DNA of 64,000 nucleotides from an uncultured Candidatus Rokubacteria bacterium (GCA_963826115.1 CAWGVS010000005.1:2048001-2112000); one strand, 5' to 3'. Shown: positions 38,974 through 50,328, counted from the first letter of the stretch. Program-made: numbers and translations. The notes: generated by a model from the letters alone, not told the origin.

Positions 38974-40600
38974 GTGAGCCCCGCAACGGAGCCGCCGCCC
39001 GTATCCCCCCCGAACCCGCTCGCGGAGGCGCTCCGCGCGGGCCGCTTCTGCTACGTGGTCGAGCTGGTCGCCTCGGGGCTCCAGCGGGAGGCGAAGCTCC
39101 TCGAGGTGGCCTCGCGGCTGGCGCGGGTGGCGGACGTGGTCGCGGGCAGCATCACGAGCTATGCCGGCGGGGCGATGGGGCACGATCCGATGCGGGTGGG
39201 CACCGCCGCACGGGCGCGGGGGCTCACCCCCAACGTGCACGTCACGTGCGTCGGGCAGGACCGCGCGGGCCTCCGGAAAACGCTGGAAGACCTCCAGGCG
39301 CTCGGCATCCAGAACGTCTTCGCGCTCACCGGCGACTGGCCGCGGGCCCGGCCGGCGCGGTCCCCCGCCCGAGTCGCCGGTCTTCGACCTCGATTCGGTC
39401 CACCTGGTCAGGCTGATCGACGAGCTGCGCCGGTCGGGCCGACCCTTTCACGTCGCGGTCGCCGTGTCCCCATTCAAGTACGTGGAAGGCGACTGTGCGT
39501 GGCAGTACCTCAAGCTCGAGAAGAAGGTCGCCGCCGGCGCCGACTGCGCGATCACGCAGGTTGGGTGGGACTCGGAGAAGTTCCGGGAGCTCAAGCGCTA
39601 CCTCGAGGAGCAAGGTCTCCGGACGCCGCTGCTCGGCAACGTCTACGTCCTCGGTCCGCGCGCCGCCGAGCGGATGGCGCGAGGCGAGCCGCCGGGGTGC
39701 TGGGTGTCTCCGGAGCTCCTCGAGATCGTGCGCCGGGAGGCGCGGGGCAAGGACGGCGGGCTCCGGGCCCGCCTCGAGCGCGCCGCGCAGACGGTCGCGG
39801 TGCTGCGCGGGCTCGGCTACGCCGGCGCCTATGTCGGCGGCACCCACGACGCCGACCACGTCGCCTGGATCATCCGGCGAGCGCGGGACCTCGGACCGCG
39901 CTGGGAGGAGCTGGCGGAGGGGCTCCGGTACGGACCCGAGGGGGGCTTCTATCTCTACGGCCCGCCACCCCGGGCAGGCATCGCCCTCGGTGATCCCGCC
40001 TCGACGGTCCCGGGCTCGTCAGCGCCGGACCACGCCCCGGCCGTCGGATCGGTCCCCGCGTCCCTCGTGGCCACGCGTGGGCCGGACCCGGTCCCGGGCT
40101 CGAAGCGCTTGGCGGTCCCAACGGACGAGGAGGCGTCGTGGCGGCGGGGAGTCGCCCGCCTGCTCGACCGCATGGGCCGCCTGTTCCCGGTCACGCGCGA
40201 TACCGCGCTCCGTCGGGTGCTCGTCAGATTGGCCGTCTGGGCCGACCGACGGCCGGCCGTCGCTCGCGGCGTCGAGAGGCTCGAGCTGGCGATCAAGCGA
40301 CCGCTCTTCGGCTGTCAGGCCTGCGGCAACTGCGTCCTGGGCCATCTCGAGTACGTGTGCCCGGAGACGTGCCCGAAGCACCTCCGGAATGGCCCGTGCG
40401 GCGGCACCTACCTCGGCGGCTGCGAGGTCGCCGACCAGCCGTGCGTGTGGACCGGCGTCCACGCGCGCGCCCGCGCCGAGGGTCGTGAGCGCGATCTCAC
40501 CGTCTACGTTCCGCCGCCCGACCGCACGCTCCGGGGCACCAGCTCGTGGATCAACTACCTCCTCGATCGCGACAGCCGGCCTCGCGCGGGTCCCGGCTGA
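38974..40600 (+). CDS. metF: Methylenetetrahydrofolate reductase fused to C-terminal MetV-like Cys-rich domain (frameshift near 39360)
   Basis: [29 protein letters not shown]; CQACGNC...[16 protein letters not shown]...CE...CVW. Confidence 0.8.
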
Positions 40601-40719
40601 ACGTGGGCGCCCGCCCGCCAGTCTGATCCGACCGCCACCCGTGGCGTGAGTCGTCGCGGCGGGTCGCGCCATGACGCCTCGCCAGCCGTCGACCCGGTCG
40701 CCGCACATGAGCCAGCGTG

Positions 40720-41464
40720 ACGGGCCGCGGTCCGCCCGCTGCGCCTTCCAGGCCTCGTACTCGGGGCGCGCGGCGTCGGAGAGCGGGTAGTAGCGGCGCA
40801 GATCGCCGCCCCGCGCCAGCATCTCGCGCGAGAAGTCCTCCCACTCGTGGTCCTTCCTGGCCCTGGCGATGCACGCCTCGGCGAGGCCGGCCGGAACGAC
40901 CACCGCACCGTCGTCGTCGGCGACGATGATGTCGCCGGGAATCACGGTGACGCCGCCGCAGGCGATCGGCCCGTTGACGGCGAACGGCATGAGGTCGGTC
41001 TGGGTGTGGAAGTTGGGCGTCACGCCGCGGATCCACAGCGGCACGTCGAGCTTCGCGATGTTGGGCCAGTCGCGGAGGCAGCCGTCGATGACCATGCCGG
41101 CGCCGCCCTGCCCCTTGAAGTAGGTCATCATCATCTCGCCGAACACGCCGCTCCGCATGTCGGCGCGCGCGTCGACGACCACCATGTCGCCGGGCTCGAC
41201 GTGGTAGAGCACGTGGCGGTGGAGCTGCTTCTCGACGTCCTTGTACTCGCCCTCGCCGTAGAGATCCTCGCGCTTGGGCATGAACTGGAGCGTGAGCGCC
41301 GGCCCCGCGACCGCGCGGCCCTTCGTCCACGCGACGGGGCCGGTCATGGCGGCGCAGCGGATGCCCATGTGGGCCGAGGTCGCGCTCGCGGTGGCCGCGC
41401 CGATCGCGCGGATCGCGTCGACGAGATCGCGCCGCGGGCGCACGATCTTCGGCGTGTCGGTCAT
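40720..41464 (-). CDS. RraA/HMG-aldolase-like (dimethylmenaquinone methyltransferase family) protein; stop not resolved
   Basis: [39 protein letters not shown]. Confidence 0.8.
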
Positions 41465-41553
41465 GCGTCGATCTCCCCTGCCGGCGTGGAGCCGGTGCTC
41501 ATGCTGGGTCACCGAGGCCCGTCGAGCCCGGCGCGCGGTGCGCGGGCCACGTC

Positions 41554-42654
41554 CTAGGACGCCGCCAGCGCGCTTCCGGTCGCGGCGTCGAACAGGTGCA
41601 TCTTCTCCTGGTCGAACGCGAGCCAGATCGGCTGGTTCGGCGCGAGCCGGGCGTGCGGCGGCACGCTCACGACGACGGTATCCGCTCCGAGCCGGACGTG
41701 AACGTAGGTCACGTCGCCGGTCGGCTCGACGGTGTAGACCTGACCCAGGATGGCGTCCGCGACCGATTCCGGCGACAGCCGGAGCGTGCTGTGGCGCGCT
41801 CCCATCACCACCTCGGCGCGAGGACGCGGCCAGCGCGCGGCGCGCGTTGCGGGGGGACAGCGCGACACGCCAGCCGTCCGTCCCCTCCAGCGCGGCGCCG
41901 TTCGCGTCGCCGACGACGCGCGCCTTCAGCAGGTTCATCGCCGGGCTGCCGACGAAGCCGGCGACGAAGAGGTTGACCGGGTGGTCGAACACGCGCTCGG
42001 GCCGGTCGTACTGCTGCAGCACGCCGCCGTCCATGACCGCCATCCGGTCCGCCATGGTCACGGCCTCGAGCTGGTCGTGCGTCACGTAGATCACGGTCGC
42101 GCGGAGGTCCTGGTGGAAGCGCTTGAGCTCGGCGCGCATCTGCACGCGCAGCTTGGCGTCGAGGTTGGAGAGCGGCTCGTCCATCAGGAAGACCTTCGGG
42201 TCGCGGACGAGCGCGCGACCGAGCGCGACGCGCTGCTGCTGGCCGCCGGAGAGCTCCCGCGGGCGCCGCTCGAGCAGGTGCCCGATGTCGAGCACCTTCG
42301 CCGCCTCGCGGACCCGGCGGTCGATCTCGGCCTTCGGCGTCTTGCGCATCTTCAGCGGAAAGGCGAGGTTCTTGTAGACCGTCTTGTTCGGGTAGAGCGC
42401 GTAGTTCTGGAACACCATCGCGACGTCGCGGTCCTTCGGGTCGAGGTCGTTGACCAGGCGGTCGCCGATGCGGATCTCGCCCGCGGTGAGCTCGATCAGC
42501 CCGGCCACGAGGTTGAGCGTCGTCGTCTTGCCGCAGCCCGACGGCCCGACCAGCGCCACGAACTCGCCGTCCTCGACGGTCAGCGAGACGCGATCGACGG
42601 CCAGCGTGCCGGCCGTAGGTCTTGACCACGTCGGTGCAGCCTCACCTCGGCCAT
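41554..42654 (-). CDS. Sugar ABC ATPase (MalK-like), frameshifted near 42600-42630 and 41815
   Basis: [38 protein letters not shown]; TOBE tail in another frame. Confidence 0.85.
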
Positions 42655-42686
42655 CGCGCGCCCCGCCGGATCTCGCCGCACCCCGT

Positions 42687-43570
42687 TCACGACTTGACCG
42701 CGCCCTCGGTCAGCGCCTTGACGAAGTATTTCTGCAGCACGAGGAAGAGCACGACCACCGGGACGCTCATGATGAACGACGCCGCCATCAGCCCCGGCCA
42801 GTTGCTCGCGAACTCGGTGAAGAAGCGCTGGAGCCCGACCGGCAGGGTCAGCCGGCTCTTGTCGTTCAGGAAGGTGAGCGCGTAGACGTACTCGTTCCAC
42901 GCCGTGATGAAGGAGTAGATCGCGGTCGCGATGATCCCCGGCGCGGAGAGCGGCATCACGACCAGCAGGAACGCCTTGAAGCGCGACGCGCCGTCGATGC
43001 GCGCCGCCTGCTCGAGCTGGACCGGGATGTTGTCGTAGAAGCCCTTCAGCAGCCAGATCGACAGCGGCAGCCCGAAGGTGAGGTAGGTCAGGATCAGCGA
43101 GGCGTGCGTGTTCACCAGCCCCATCCAGCGCATCATGATGAAGAGCGGCATGAGGAACACGACCGCCGGGAACATGTTGCGGACCAGCACCGCGTAGAAG
43201 AGCAGGTTGCGGCCCGGGAAGCGGAAGCGCGAGAAGGCGTAGGCCGCGGGGACGCCGACCAGCACGCCGAGCACTGTGGTCGCGGTCGAGACCCAGAGGC
43301 TGTTCAGCAGGTAGCGCGAGGAACTCGCGCCCGACCTCGTTCGCCGGCGAGAGCAGCCGGCGGTACTGCTCGAGGGTCGGGTTGCGCGGGATCCACTCGG
43401 GCGGGTACTGGACCGCGGCGAACTGCGTCTTGATCGACGTGAGCAGCATCCACGCCATCGGCAGCACCGAGAAGACCAGCAGCAGGACGAGCAGCGACGG
43501 CGCCGACGAGCGTCCACGGCTCGATCCGCCGTCGCCCGGCGCGCGCGGTGGCCGGCGTCGCGGCGCTCAT
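42687..43570 (-). CDS. Carbohydrate ABC permease (MalG-like), frameshifted
   Basis: [30 protein letters not shown]. Confidence 0.8.
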
Positions 43571-44464
43571 CCCGGCCTCCGGTCGTCGCCGCGCGTGAGC
43601 GCGCGGACGTAGAACTAGCCCATCGCCATCATCACCACGAACAGGATCACCGAGTAGGCCGACGCGAGACCGAAGCGGATGCGGCCGAAGGCGAGCTGGT
43701 AGATGTGCGTGATCCAGATCTCCGACGCCCCCGCGGGCCCGCCGCCGGTCATGATCCAGGGAATGGTGAAGCTGTTGAGGTTGGTCACGAGCAGCAGCAG
43801 CACGGTGACCAGCGACACGCCCTTGAGGTGCGGCACGGTGACGTGCCAGAAGCGCTGCCACGCGCTGGCGCCGTCGACCTGGGCGGCGCGCAGCAGCTGG
43901 TCGGGCACGGTCTGCAGCCCGGCCAGCATCATGATCATCGCGAAGGGGAACTCCTTCCAGACGTTGACCACGATCAGCGACGGCATCACCCGCGCGCGAT
44001 TGTCGAGGAAGTTGATCGGCCCGTCGGTGAGCGCCGAGCGCCACCAGGAGCGCGCCGATGACGCCGAAATCGCTGTGGTAGAGCCAGCGCCAGACGTAGG
44101 AGGCGGCGACCGCGCTGATCACGTAGGGCACGAGCAGCGTGCCGCGCAGCACGCCGCGCCCGAAGAGCTCGCGGTTGAGCGCGATCGCCGCCCCGAAGCC
44201 GAGCACGAAGGCGAAGAGGGTCGAGAAGACCGTCCAGACCAGCGTGTTCCAGGTCGCCTCGTGGAAGCTCTCGGCGGCGAGGATGCGGCCGTAGTTGTCG
44301 AGGCCGACGAAGATCTTGTCCTCGAGCGCGAGATTGGGCGGCGTGTTGAAGAACGAGAGATAGACCGTGAAGTAGATCGGGTAGGCGATGACCAGCGCCA
44401 TCACCCCGAGGGCGGGCAGGACGTAGAGATAGTCGGCGCGGTGGCGGACGACGCGCGCCAGCAC
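43567..44464 (-). CDS. Carbohydrate ABC permease (MalF-like), frameshift near 44035 and in-frame TAG at 43615
   Basis: FVGLDNY, NVWKEFPF, AAQVDGASAWQRF, MTGGGP. Confidence 0.8.
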
Positions 44465-44535
44465 GCCCGCCGGGCCGCGGACGCGAGGCGGCCGGCGGTC
44501 GTGGCTACCGGCCGCTCGCGCGCGGCGAGCGCGTC

Positions 44536-44579
44536 AGAGGTCGCCAAGCAGGTCCTTAGAGATCGCCAAGCAGGTCCTT
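44536..44579. repeat. 22-bp tandem duplication of the 3' end of the SBP gene
   Basis: AGAGGTCGCCAAGCAGGTCCTT followed by AGAGATCGCCAAGCAGGTCCTT (1 mismatch). Confidence 0.85.
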
Positions 44580-46047
44580 GATCTTCTTCGCCGCGTCGTC
44601 GGTCGCTTCGGCCACCGTCATCTTCTCCGTCAGCGCGTTCTGCATCATGTTCGGCATGACGATGTTCATGATCTCCGCGGACTGCGGCATCACCGGGAAG
44701 GGGATGCCGTACGGCAGCATCGACGTCGTCACGTTCAGGAACCTGATCTGCTCGAGCCGCTGCTTCATCCACTTGGTCCGGAAGCCGCGCAGGTTGCCCG
44801 GGTTCGAGCCCACCCACGCCATCTTGGTCGACCATTCCGGGCCGGTGGCGAAGGCGATGATGGCCTTGGCCGCGCCGAGGTCGAGGCCGCCGTCGACGAG
44901 GTCCGGCCGGAAGATGTGCACGTTCGATCCGCCGAAGACGACCGCGCGGCGCGCCGGGCCCTTGGGGATGAGCCCGTAGCGCATGTTGCTGACCACCGCG
45001 TCGGCGGTCTTGCGGTCGTCGCCGGTGGCCTTCCGCGCGCGCTCGACCATCACCGCGTACTCGCGCGGGATGGGCGATCATCATCGCGAGGTTGCCGGCG
45101 ATGAAGGGGTCCTGGTTCTCGACCTGGGTGTTGGTCAGCGCCGAGACCGGCACCGACTTGTCGCGCACGTACATGTCGTAGGAGGCCTGCAGCGCCGCCC
45201 GCGTGCCCGCGTTGTTGACGTAGATGGTCTTGTAGGTCGGGCTGGCCTCGGCCTCGTCGAGCGCGCCGCCGCCGTAGGCCCAGACCTGCGGCATGAAGCG
45301 GAACGGCGTGTTGCCGGCGTTGACGCGGGCGACCATGCCGTAGCCGTTCTTGCCGGTCTTCTCCTTGATCTTGCGCGAGTAGGCGACGACGTCGTCCCAG
45401 GTCGCCGGCGGCGACTCGGGGTCGAGGCCCGCGTCGCGGAAGATGCCCGCGTTCCAGATGATCGCCATCGTCTCGTTGTTGGTCGGCACGCCGTAGGTCT
45501 TGCCCTTCCACGTCACCGACTTCATCGCGCCCGGCCAGAACTCGTCGGCGCCGTAGCCGACGTCCGCCGGCCCGAACTCGCGCAGCTGGCCCTTGGCCGC
45601 GAACTCGACGCCCCACAGGATCGGCAGCCGCGCCACCATCGGCGCCGCCTTGCCCAGCGCGGCGGTGCGCAGCTTGTCGAGCATCTCGTTGTAGCTGAGG
45701 TTCTGCTTGGTGACCTTGATGTTCGGGTAGAGCTTGCCGAAGGCGTCCCAGAACTGCGCGTCGAGCTCGTGCTCGATCTGCGGCGAGGCCTGGGTCGGGC
45801 CGAAGTACCAGTAGGTCAGCCGGCCGGAGTGGTTGAGCGGCACGACCTTCGCGCACTCCGCGGCGGTGTCGTACTCGGCCGTGCCGGCGATGCTGGCGAT
45901 GTGCTGCGGCGTCCACGTCGCCGCGTCGATGCCGGTCTTGCTCCCCTGCGCGAGCGCCTCGCCCGCGAGGCCCGCGACGGCCGCGCCGGCGGCGCCGGCG
46001 AGGAAGGCGCGACGGTTCATCTCGGGACGGCTCTCGGAATGGGTCAT
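44556..46047 (-). CDS. Tat-exported sugar ABC substrate-binding protein (frameshift near 45070)
   Basis: MNRRAFLAGAAG Tat signal; YGVP, PPATWDD; C-terminus in second frame. Confidence 0.8.
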
Positions 46048-46160
46048 GGCGTGATCCTCCTCATCGTTCTCGTCGTTGCGCTCATCGCTCCCGTTCGTCC
46101 AAGTCGGTCGCGACGCCTCCTGCCGTGCCAGGCCGGCGCCTGCGCGAGGATGAAGTCGGC

Positions 46161-47361
46161 TCAGTCGAAGAAGGTCGCGTCCTCCGGCGACAGGTGGCGC
46201 CGGGCGCGCTCGGGCACGAGCTCGACCCCCATGCCGGGCCGGTCCCAGACCGTGATGTGGCCGTCCTTCACGATCGGGTTCGGCAGCCCGTCGACGATGT
46301 CGTACCACCACGCCGGGTCGCCGGCCGGATACTCGAAGGCGATGAAGTTCTGCGGCAGGGTCGCGCTGACCTGCACCAGGGCGGCGAGGCCGAGCAGCCC
46401 GTTCCCGGTGCCGTGCGGCGCCATGAGGATGCCGTGGAGGTCGGCGTACTCGGCGATCCACTTGAGCTCGGCGATGCCGCCGACGTCGCACGGATCCGGG
46501 CCCGACCACGCGCACGGCGTGACGCTCGATCAGGTCCTTGAAGTTCTGCCGCAGGTAGATCTGCTCGCCGGTGTGGATCGGCGTCGAGGTGGCGCGGGTG
46601 ACCTCGCGCGTAGACGTCGGCGTTGACGAAGGGGATGTAGTCGCCGGTGATCATGTCCTCGAGCCACATCAGGTTGTGCTTCTCCACCGCGCGCGCGAAG
46701 CGGATGGCGTCGGGCACCGTCCAGCCCGGGCCGCAGTCGAGCGCCAGCCCGATCCCGTCGCCGAGCGCCTCCTTCATCGCCGCGACGCAGTCGAGCACGT
46801 GGCCGAGCCCGCGCTCGGTCAAGAGCCCGCGGTCGGTCCAGGCGTGGAAGGCGCTCGGCACCATCTCGCCGTAGAAGAAGTTCGGGACCTCGTGCTTCAT
46901 CGGGCTGTGAAAGGCGATGCCCTGCTTGACGATGGTGAAGCCCTCGGGCAGCGCCTTCATCCGCCGCATCTCGTCGGCGTAGTGCTTCGGGGTCTGGCCG
47001 GTCGAGCGGCTTGCGCAGCGCGCCGTTGTAGACGCGCACGCGGTCGCGGATCTTGCCGCCGAGCAGCCGGTGGACCGGCAGCCCCGCCGCCTTGCCCGCG
47101 AGGTCCCACAGCGCCATCTCGATCGCGCTGACCGCCGACCCGTAGGGCTTGAAGGCGCCGCGCTGGCGGATCTTGAGCATCACCCGCTCGACGAGGGTCG
47201 GGTCCTCGCCGATCAGCGCCTCGCGGAGATAGAGCACGAAGGGCTTGAGGTAGGGCTTGTACTGCTCGACCTCGCCGTAGCCGCTCGAGGCCCTCGTCGG
47301 TGACGAGGCGGACGATCGGGTTCTTGCCGATCACCGCGCAGCGGAGATCGACGATCTTCAT
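46161..47361 (-). CDS. Mandelate racemase/muconate-lactonizing enolase-superfamily enzyme; several frameshifts
   Basis: [46 protein letters not shown]. Confidence 0.8.
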
Positions 47362-47798
47362 GCGTCGCGGCTCTGGCTCACAGCGGACATTTGGCCTCCG
47401 GAGGCTGCGGAGCGGCGAAGATCGGGTCCGACAGTGGCGACCGTCGGCCGCGCCGCCTCATGATGGCGGGGCAGACGCGTCGAGGCACGGCGCGACAGGG
47501 CAGCCGACATCATGCCCCTTCTCGGCCCCCATGGGAGCCGACGAACGGTGGCGCAACGGTGGAGGTCCTCGGGCCGGAGAGGTCCGGCAGGGTCCTCAGG
47601 CGGATCGTAGGAGGGGGCTTCCACCCTGTCAAGGGACCGCGTCGGCCCGAGACCTCGGTTCCCCAGGGCTGACCCGTGTCGCAGCGGCAGCAGCGGACGA
47701 GCATAGCCCCTTGCGGTGCCCAGCAAGCACGCGCTATTCTCGCCCCGCCGCCGGCCAGTTCCTCGGACAGGGACATCAAGCGAACGGAGGAGCACACC

Positions 47799-49403
47799 AT
47801 GAAGGGCACATCAGGACGACGCGCACGAGGCATCGGGATGGCCATCTTGACGGCGCTCTTGATCGCCGCCCTCGGCGCGCCGTCGGTGCAGGCGCAGTCG
47901 ACCCTCCGGGTCGCCGCCGAGTCGGATCTCAAGTCGCTCGATCCGATCTGGACCACGGCCGCCATCACCGCGAGCCACGGGTTCATGATCTACGACCAGC
48001 TCTTCGCCGAGGACTCGAAGCTCGATGTCAAGCCGCAGATGGTGGAGCGGTGGCAGTCGAGCCCCGATGGCCTCGTGTGGTCCTTCACGCTGCGGCCCGG
48101 CCTCAAGTGGCACGACGGCACCCCGGTCACGTCGAAGGACGTCGTGCCGTCCATCAACCGCTGGGGGGCCCGGATCGCCTCCGGTCAGCTCCTGATGACG
48201 CGCGTGCGCGAGGTGGTGGCCACGGGAGAGCGGACCTTCGAGATCCGCCTCAAGGACAAGTTCCCCGCGGTGGTGGACATGCTGGGGGCGTCGGCCCAGC
48301 CGCTCTTCGTCATGCCGGAGAAGGACGCGCTGACCGATCCCTTCAAGCAGGTCGAGGCGACCGTGGGGTCGGGGCCGTTCATTTTCCTGAAGGACGAGTG
48401 GGTGCCCGGCAGCAAGTGGGTCTACCGGAAGAACCCCCAGTGGGTGTCGCGATCCGAGACTCCCGACGGCTACACGGGGGCCAAGCTCCCCAAGGTCGAC
48501 AGGGTCGAGGTGACGTACATCCCGGACGGCTCGACCGCCGTGCAGGCGCTGAACGCGGGCGAGGTCGACGTGTACCAGTTCCCGCCGAACGACCTCCTCC
48601 CGATCCTCGAGCGAAATCCGGACATCGTCGTGCGCATCACGAACAAGTTCGGATACATCCCGATTCTCCGGCCCAACCACCTGGTCCCCCCGACGAACAA
48701 CGTCAAGGTCCGCCAGGCCATGCTGTGGGCGGTCGATCAGAACGCCTACCTGGCCGCCATGGTCGGCAACCGCTCGATGGAGCTCCGCTGCTGGGCGGTG
48801 TTCACCTGCGGCAGCCCGCTCGAGTCCAAGGCGGGCCTTGGTGGCTGGGCCAACGGGCCCAACGTCGAGCGCGCGCAGCAGCTCCTCCGCGAGGCCGGTT
48901 ACAAGAACGAGCCGATCGTCCTGATGAACCCGACCGAGAACCAGATGATTTCCGCGATGGCCGTCGTGAGCAGCCAGCTCCTGAAGAAGGCCGGCTTCAA
49001 CGTCGACATGCAGAACATGGACTGGGGGACGCTCGTCACCCGGCGCGCGGTCAAGGACGACCCGGCCAAGAACAAGTCCGGCTGGCACGTCTTCCACACC
49101 TGGGGGACCGCCAGCTACCTCGCCAACCCGCTCCTGAACAACACGATCCCGACCCCCTGCGACGGGAAGAACTGGTTCGGCTGGCCGTGCGAGGAGACCC
49201 TCGACAAGGTCCGGCAGGAGTACATCCTGGCGAGCTCCCTGCCGCAGAAGAAGGAGATCACCGAGCGGTTCCAGGCGCGCTTCTACGAGGTCGTGCCCTT
49301 CATCCCGCTCGGCCAGTACTACACGAAGAGCGCCTTCCGCAAGAACCTGAGCGGCGTCCTCGACAACGCGCACCTGGTGCTCTGGAACATCGAGAAGAAG
49401 TAG
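47799..49403 (+). CDS. ABC peptide family 5 substrate-binding protein
   Basis: GGAGG RBS; LDPIWTTA, LRPGLKWHDG, GSGPF, WFGWPC. Confidence 0.92.
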   Translation: MKGTSGRRARGIGMAILTALLIAALGAPSVQAQSTLRVAAESDLKSLDPIWTTAAITASHGFMIYDQLFAEDSKLDVKPQMVERWQSSPDGLVWSFTLRPGLKWHDGTPVTSKDVVPSINRWGARIASGQLLMTRVREVVATGERTFEIRLKDKFPAVVDMLGASAQPLFVMPEKDALTDPFKQVEATVGSGPFIFLKDEWVPGSKWVYRKNPQWVSRSETPDGYTGAKLPKVDRVEVTYIPDGSTAVQALNAGEVDVYQFPPNDLLPILERNPDIVVRITNKFGYIPILRPNHLVPPTNNVKVRQAMLWAVDQNAYLAAMVGNRSMELRCWAVFTCGSPLESKAGLGGWANGPNVERAQQLLREAGYKNEPIVLMNPTENQMISAMAVVSSQLLKKAGFNVDMQNMDWGTLVTRRAVKDDPAKNKSGWHVFHTWGTASYLANPLLNNTIPTPCDGKNWFGWPCEETLDKVRQEYILASSLPQKKEITERFQARFYEVVPFIPLGQYYTKSAFRKNLSGVLDNAHLVLWNIEKK

Positions 49404-49433
49404 CCGGACGGGACGCGACTCGCCTGGCCCGGG

Positions 49434-50324
49434 CTAGAGCCGCCGGGCCAGGCGAGGATCCAGCGCCGTCCGGAGGCCGTCTCCCACGAGGTTGACCGAC
49501 AGTACCGTCGCCGAGAGGGCAAGGCCCGGGAAGAGGATCATCCAGAAGGCAACCTGGAAGAACGTCCGTCCCTCCGCGATCACGTTGCCCCACGTGGGCA
49601 CGTGGGACGGCGTGCCGGCGCCGAGGAACGAGAGCCCCGCCTCGATGAGTACCGCGGCCGCGAAGACGTAGGTCGCCTGGACGATCAGCGGCGCCACCGT
49701 GTTGGGAAGGACGTGGCGCGCCAGGATCCGAGGCAGCCGCGAGCCGCTGGCGACCGCCGCCTCGACATAGGTTCGCTCCCGGAGGCTCAGCACCAGGCCA
49801 CGCACCAGCCGGACGACCCGCGGGATCTCGGCGATCGTGATCGCGAGCACGACGTTCCGGACGCTCGGCCGGCTCAGCGCCATCAACGCGATCGCGACCA
49901 GGATCGCGGGGATCGCCATCATCCCGTCCATGACCCGCATGATGATCGCGTCCGCCGGGCGGCTGTATCCCGACACGAGCCCGAGCAGGAGGCCGATCAG
50001 GACGCTCGAGACGGCCACGCTCAGGCCGACGAAGAGTGAGACACGGCCACCGTAGACGGTGCGGCTGTAGACGTCGCGGCCGTACAGGTCCGTTCCGAAC
50101 CAGTTCTGGGCCGAGGGCGGGCGCAGGCGCTGGATGGGGTCGATCTGGACGGGATCGGTCGTGCCGAGCCACGGGGCAAGGATGGCGACCACCGCCGTCG
50201 CGAGCAGCAACATCAGGCCGAGCGCCGCCGTCGGATGGCGGCGGGCGAGCCGAGCGAGGTGGAGCCACCGGCCGTGAGGGGCCGGAGCCGATCCGGGGGC
50301 CGGTTCCGCCTCGGGTGCGCTCAT
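49434..50324 (-). CDS. ABC peptide permease (DppC-like)
   Basis: WFGTDLYGRD, YVEAA, HVLPN, GDGLRTALDPR. Confidence 0.9.
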   Translation of the reverse strand: MSAPEAEPAPGSAPAPHGRWLHLARLARRHPTAALGLMLLLATAVVAILAPWLGTTDPVQIDPIQRLRPPSAQNWFGTDLYGRDVYSRTVYGGRVSLFVGLSVAVSSVLIGLLLGLVSGYSRPADAIIMRVMDGMMAIPAILVAIALMALSRPSVRNVVLAITIAEIPRVVRLVRGLVLSLRERTYVEAAVASGSRLPRILARHVLPNTVAPLIVQATYVFAAAVLIEAGLSFLGAGTPSHVPTWGNVIAEGRTFFQVAFWMILFPGLALSATVLSVNLVGDGLRTALDPRLARRL

Positions 50325-50328
50325 CGCG

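Noticed and set aside
40019-42559. Apparent 846-aa MalK-RraA fusion
   Set aside because: Created by a frameshift near 41815; the MalK TOBE tail lies in another frame with its own stop at 41554
36194-47361. Programmed frameshifting or wholesale pseudogenisation
   Set aside because: Indels are scattered, lack slippery sites and occur in otherwise well-conserved genes, which fits long-read error best
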